Source: an uncultured Arcobacteraceae bacterium
GTDB taxonomy: Bacteria; Campylobacterota; Campylobacteria; Campylobacterales; Arcobacteraceae
Direction: 5' to 3'
DNA length: 39,064 nucleotides
NCBI GenBank assembly: GCA_964022095.1
Contig: CAXHZO010000021.1
Location: 1 to 39,064 of the forward strand
A program made the translations under genes and the position numbers. The notes below the pieces were generated by a model that worked only from the letters and a program-made list of their open reading frames with translations, ran no database searches and had not been told where the DNA came from. Of this stretch, positions 35,515 through 39,064 are shown piece after piece. Each line of letters starts with the position of its first letter. Positions within the stretch are counted from its first letter, which is position 1.

Positions 35515-38500
35515 TTATATATTCTCGACTACTATATCTTTATCAATTAGTAAAGTCAATACTTGATTATCAGTTCCTACTGCTGTATATGCAATATAAG
35601 AATCATCACTTAAATCAACTGAATTGTTTAAATCTGTGTCATTTGTGTCTTTTGACCAAGTTGATAAATCTAGTTTGATAGTATCATTGTCTTCACCTTT
35701 AATACTTAGTATATTAGCTGAGTCTTCTGATACCATAGCTTGGAAATCTTCTATTGTAAGATTAGATAAAATATGCTCACTTGAAGATAAATCTAAAGAA
35801 TCAATATCAGATAAATCAAAACTTGATGCAGTATTATCTAAAATACTTGCTAAATCTATATCTTGAGTATTAAAGAATAAATTACCTTCATCATCTAATG
35901 AAATAGCTTCACTCTCATCACTACTATCAATAACATACGTTTCAGTAGATCTACCAAGGAATAACCCAGAGCTATCAGTAGTTGTATAATCGAACTCTAC
36001 TTCAATATCCGTTAATCCAGTAAATGCATCTAGGTATGTTGATAATATTGTATATTCTCCTGTATTCTCATCGATACTTACTATATCTTCTGCTATTGTT
36101 GAGTCTACATTTACTTCTATTGATACTTCACCTAAGGCTTCATCTACTGTTATGATTTCTTGTAGTTTATTCATTACAGATGCAAAGTCCATATAGTTTA
36201 TTAAGCTTGGATTATTTGTTAGTAATGTTTGAATTTGTAATCTTATTGGTTCTGCTTGCATTAATAAATTTGGATCTAGTGACATTAGTTCTGATATTTC
36301 TATATTATTATCTGCTGTTATTGTTTTTACTAAATCTTTTAATCCTGTTGTATTATCCATAAATTGACTTGTTAAGTTATACAGTTCTATTAAATCATTT
36401 AAGTTTTGTTCTGTTGCTAGTGTTTGTAGTAACTCTATATCTGATGCTATTAAACTTGAGTTATTTACTATTGATGTTTTATTTGCTACTACGAAGTCTT
36501 TGATTAATACTATTCCACCTAATGCATTTGGATTAGCGTTATAGAAATCTCTTAGATCAGCATATACTTCTTTTGAAGTTTCTATTGTATCTTCACTTAA
36601 AGTTAATAATCCCATTATATTACCTGTAGTTACATAATCTAAGAATACTGGTTTTATTTCATTTACTGCATCTACTACTTCTTGTGTATTTATATCTACT
36701 AATGAACTTATACTATTTATTCCACTTATTGTCGCTGTTACACTTACTGTTGTTGGGTCTAAAGAGAATAATATTGGTGATTCAAAACTTACAATACCAG
36801 AATATGGTGCACTTTCTCCTGTTGTATTAAATACTTCAGTAGATCTACCAAGGAATAACCCAGAACTATCAGTAGTTGTATAATCGAACTCTACTTCTAT
36901 ATCTGTTAATCCAGTAAATGCATCTAGGTATGTTGATAAGATTGTATATTCTCCTGTATTCTCATCGATACTTACTATATCTTCTGCTATTGTTGAGTCT
37001 ACATTTACTTCTATTGATACTTCACCTAAGGCTTCATCTACTGTTATGATTTCTTGTAGTTTATTCATTACAGATGCAAAGTCCATATAGTTTATTAAGC
37101 TTGGATTATTTGTTAGTAATGTTTGAATTTGTAATCTTATTGGTTCTGCTTGCATTAATAAATTTGGATCTAGTGACATTAGTTCTGATATTTCTATATT
37201 ATTATCTGCTGTTATTGTTTTTACTAAATCTTTTAATCCTGTTGTATTATCCATAAATTGACTTGTTAAGTTATACAGTTCTATTAAATCATTTAAGTTT
37301 TGTTCTGTTGCTAGTGTTTGTAGTAACTCTATATCTGATGCTATTAAACTTGAGTTATTTACTATTGATGTTTTATTTGCTACTACGAAGTCTTTGATTA
37401 ATACTATTCCACCTAATGCATTTGGATTAGCGTTATAGAAATCTCTTAGATCAGCATATACTTCTTTTGAAGTTTCTATTGTATCTTCACTTAAAGTTAA
37501 TAATCCCATTATATTACCTGTAGTTACATAATCTAAGAATACTGGTTTTATTTCATTTACTGCATCTACTACTTCTTGTGTATTTATATCTACTAATGAA
37601 CTTATACTATTTATTCCACTTATTGTCGCTGTTACACTTACTGTTGTTGGGTCTAAAGAATAGATAAGAGCTTCTTCTTTTGTAATTGCACCTACTTCAG
37701 AATCTGCTGAATCATCTAAAATAACTTGTGTAGAATAATTAGTACTAATTGTACTTAGTTGTTCTTCAACTGTCTCAATTTTTTCTTCAATCTCTCTTGT
37801 AACAACTTGTACTTTTACTAAATCTTCTAAAGATTCAAGTGTACTTGAACTATTATTAGTAGCTTGAGATATTGCAGAGTTTGTATTTGAAATAATATTA
37901 ACTAACGATGCCACTCCAGTAGTACCTAAGAAATCTACTGCTGTATGACTACTATCAATATTAGTAAATGTGTTGTTAATTAAGTCTTCTAAAATATCAT
38001 CAATAGATGACATTGTTGAGCTATTTGTAATTAGTAGTTTTGCAAACTCTTCAGATGCAGCAATATAAGCTTCTTTTTTAGTTGCATATCCTGCACTTAC
38101 AGCCGCAGCTGCTATTTGAGAAACTGCATTTTCAATCATTATATTCATAGTTTGTAATTGAATATACGCATCTATTTCAGTTTGATTTGTTGTATTTAAA
38201 GATGATTCAATTGGATCTGAAAGAAGATCTATTGAAGAAGGTACATTAAGTACATTTTGAATTAATGTTTCTGCTTGTGCTTGAGTTAAACCTTCAGCTA
38301 TTAAATTTACAACAAGTGTTGTTGTTGGGTTTAATACAGATTCATTTGATAAAGTTTTATATTGTCCATCAAAATCAAGTCCTGTTGAGATATCAATACC
38401 TCCCTCACCAATAATTGTACCACTCGCACTAGGTTCTAAACCATATTCACCTGCATAGTTAGTTAAAGTATTAGCTTCACCTGAATCTAAAATTCCATCA

Positions 38501-39064
38501 TTATCTGTATCTGCAAATACTGTCATACCTGAGATATAACCATCAATACTTGTTCCAGAAATTGATTCATCCGCGCCTGTTACTGTTACACTTACTGTTC
38601 CTGTATTACTATTTTCTGTTCCATCATTTGCTACTACTTGGAAGCTTACTTCTGTATTATCTGTTGAGCTCATTGAGTCAAACTCTGTGCTATAGATAAA
38701 GAAGTCACCTACATTTACATTTGTTAATCCAAAGTTTGTAATATCTGTTTGTGTTAATTGAATTACTCCATTTACATTACTTGTTACATCTGTTCCATTT
38801 AACACAAAGTTTGAGCTATCTGTTATTAATGAAATACTTAATCCATCATTTACATCTACATCACTTACACCTAATGCTGCGTATACATCTGCTTCACTTA
38901 CTACATAGTATGCATTTTCCATTCCTGATAGTGTTAAGAAGTCATCTTCACTTAAGCTTGACAGTGTTGCTGTTGTATTTGCTATTACTGGTGCATCATT
39001 ACTTCCAGTTACTGTTACACTTACTGTTCCTGTATTACTATTTTCTGTTCCATCATTTGCTACT
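35515..39064 (-). CDS. C-terminal part of a giant repetitive T1SS-type surface adhesin (VCBS/cadherin-like repeats); 5' end outside the window
   Basis: The frame stays open from 38922 to the window edge (VANDGTENSNTGTVSVTVTGSNDAPVIANTT..SGMENA). Acidic, Cys-free sequence. DGYISG..VFADTDNDGILDSGE Ca-binding-like motif. C-terminus IDL..LDL..LSIKGEDNDTIKL..W..Y..Y..LLID resembles T1SS substrates. Confidence 0.85.
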   Translation of the reverse strand, partial: VANDGTENSNTGTVSVTVTGSNDAPVIANTTATLSSLSEDDFLTLSGMENAYYVVSEADVYAALGVSDVDVNDGLSISLITDSSNFVLNGTDVTSNVNGVIQLTQTDITNFGLTNVNVGDFFIYSTEFDSMSSTDNTEVSFQVVANDGTENSNTGTVSVTVTGADESISGTSIDGYISGMTVFADTDNDGILDSGEANTLTNYAGEYGLEPSASGTIIGEGGIDISTGLDFDGQYKTLSNESVLNPTTTLVVNLIAEGLTQAQAETLIQNVLNVPSSIDLLSDPIESSLNTTNQTEIDAYIQLQTMNIMIENAVSQIAAAAVSAGYATKKEAYIAASEEFAKLLITNSSTMSSIDDILEDLINNTFTNIDSSHTAVDFLGTTGVASLVNIISNTNSAISQATNNSSSTLESLEDLVKVQVVTREIEEKIETVEEQLSTISTNYSTQVILDDSADSEVGAITKEEALIYSLDPTTVSVTATISGINSISSLVDINTQEVVDAVNEIKPVFLDYVTTGNIMGLLTLSEDTIETSKEVYADLRDFYNANPNALGGIVLIKDFVVANKTSIVNNSSLIASDIELLQTLATEQNLNDLIELYNLTSQFMDNTTGLKDLVKTITADNNIEISELMSLDPNLLMQAEPIRLQIQTLLTNNPSLINYMDFASVMNKLQEIITVDEALGEVSIEVNVDSTIAEDIVSIDENTGEYTILSTYLDAFTGLTDIEVEFDYTTTDSSGLFLGRSTEVFNTTGESAPYSGIVSFESPILFSLDPTTVSVTATISGINSISSLVDINTQEVVDAVNEIKPVFLDYVTTGNIMGLLTLSEDTIETSKEVYADLRDFYNANPNALGGIVLIKDFVVANKTSIVNNSSLIASDIELLQTLATEQNLNDLIELYNLTSQFMDNTTGLKDLVKTITADNNIEISELMSLDPNLLMQAEPIRLQIQTLLTNNPSLINYMDFASVMNKLQEIITVDEALGEVSIEVNVDSTIAEDIVSIDENTGEYTILSTYLDAFTGLTDIEVEFDYTTTDSSGLFLGRSTETYVIDSSDESEAISLDDEGNLFFNTQDIDLASILDNTASSFDLSDIDSLDLSSSEHILSNLTIEDFQAMVSEDSANILSIKGEDNDTIKLDLSTWSKDTNDTDLNNSVDLSDDSYIAYTAVGTDNQVLTLLIDKDIVVENI
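35941..37659. repeat. Near-identical 825-bp tandem duplication (35941-36765 and 36835-37659; offset 894 bp)
   Basis: Both copies encode the same 275 aa (SLDPTT...LGRSTE) and are separated by a 69-bp spacer. Identical shadow ORFs at 36180 and 37074. Confidence 0.97.
38579..39064. repeat. Adhesin tandem repeat unit with 429-bp (143-aa) period
   Basis: 38579-38635 is identical to 39008-39064 (57 bp, cut off by the window edge). Confidence 0.85.

Noticed and set aside
656-37256. Short alternative-frame and antisense ORFs (e.g. 656-913, 2019-2489, 2421-2774, 16370-16747, 17892-18386, 33642-33956, 36180-36362, 37074-37256)
   Set aside because: Nested in well-supported genes with no recognisable motifs. 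The two identical 60-aa ORFs merely reflect the adhesin duplication.
38920-38922. Adhesin start codon in the ORF track
   Set aside because: The frame is open to the window edge and continues in repeat sequence, so this Met is internal.
1-39064. IS elements, integrases, CRISPR arrays, tRNA/rRNA genes
   Set aside because: No transposase or integrase ORF, repeat-spacer array or GC-rich structured RNA segment was seen. Intergenic gaps are short and AT-rich.

Overview
Very AT-rich bacterial DNA, most consistent with Campylobacterota (Arcobacteraceae-like; inferred from protein style and TGnTATAAT promoters). The window looks like a biofilm/surface-matrix island. From left to right it holds: (i) a LapBCE-like type I secretion operon (minus strand, 136-5333); (ii) a Wzx/Wzy-dependent exopolysaccharide or capsule locus (wecA-like initiator, algC, galU, pgi, galE, ugd, UDP-GlcA epimerase, MBOAT+SGNH pair, wzx, four GT4 glycosyltransferases, wzy, two more acyltransferases, gnu, manC, wza, wzc, PHP phosphatase); and (iii) the 3' part of a giant repetitive T1SS-type adhesin that runs off the right edge. 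The most unusual element lies antisense inside the EPS locus. It is a lasso-peptide-like maturation module: a 69-aa peptide, an HPr-kinase-like kinase, a PqqD/RRE protein, an NTP_transf_5 nucleotidyltransferase and a secreted DUF4838 protein. No lasso cyclase or B2 peptidase is present in the window. The peptide leader superimposes a twin-arginine (Tat) signal on a lasso-type YxxPxLxxxG RRE-binding motif. Other notable points: manC appears to start at ATC; a 22/24-bp motif is shared by two divergent promoter regions 26 kb apart; TolC carries a SPOR-like tail; and the adhesin contains a near-perfect 825-bp duplication. All family assignments come from motif recognition by eye; no searches were run.
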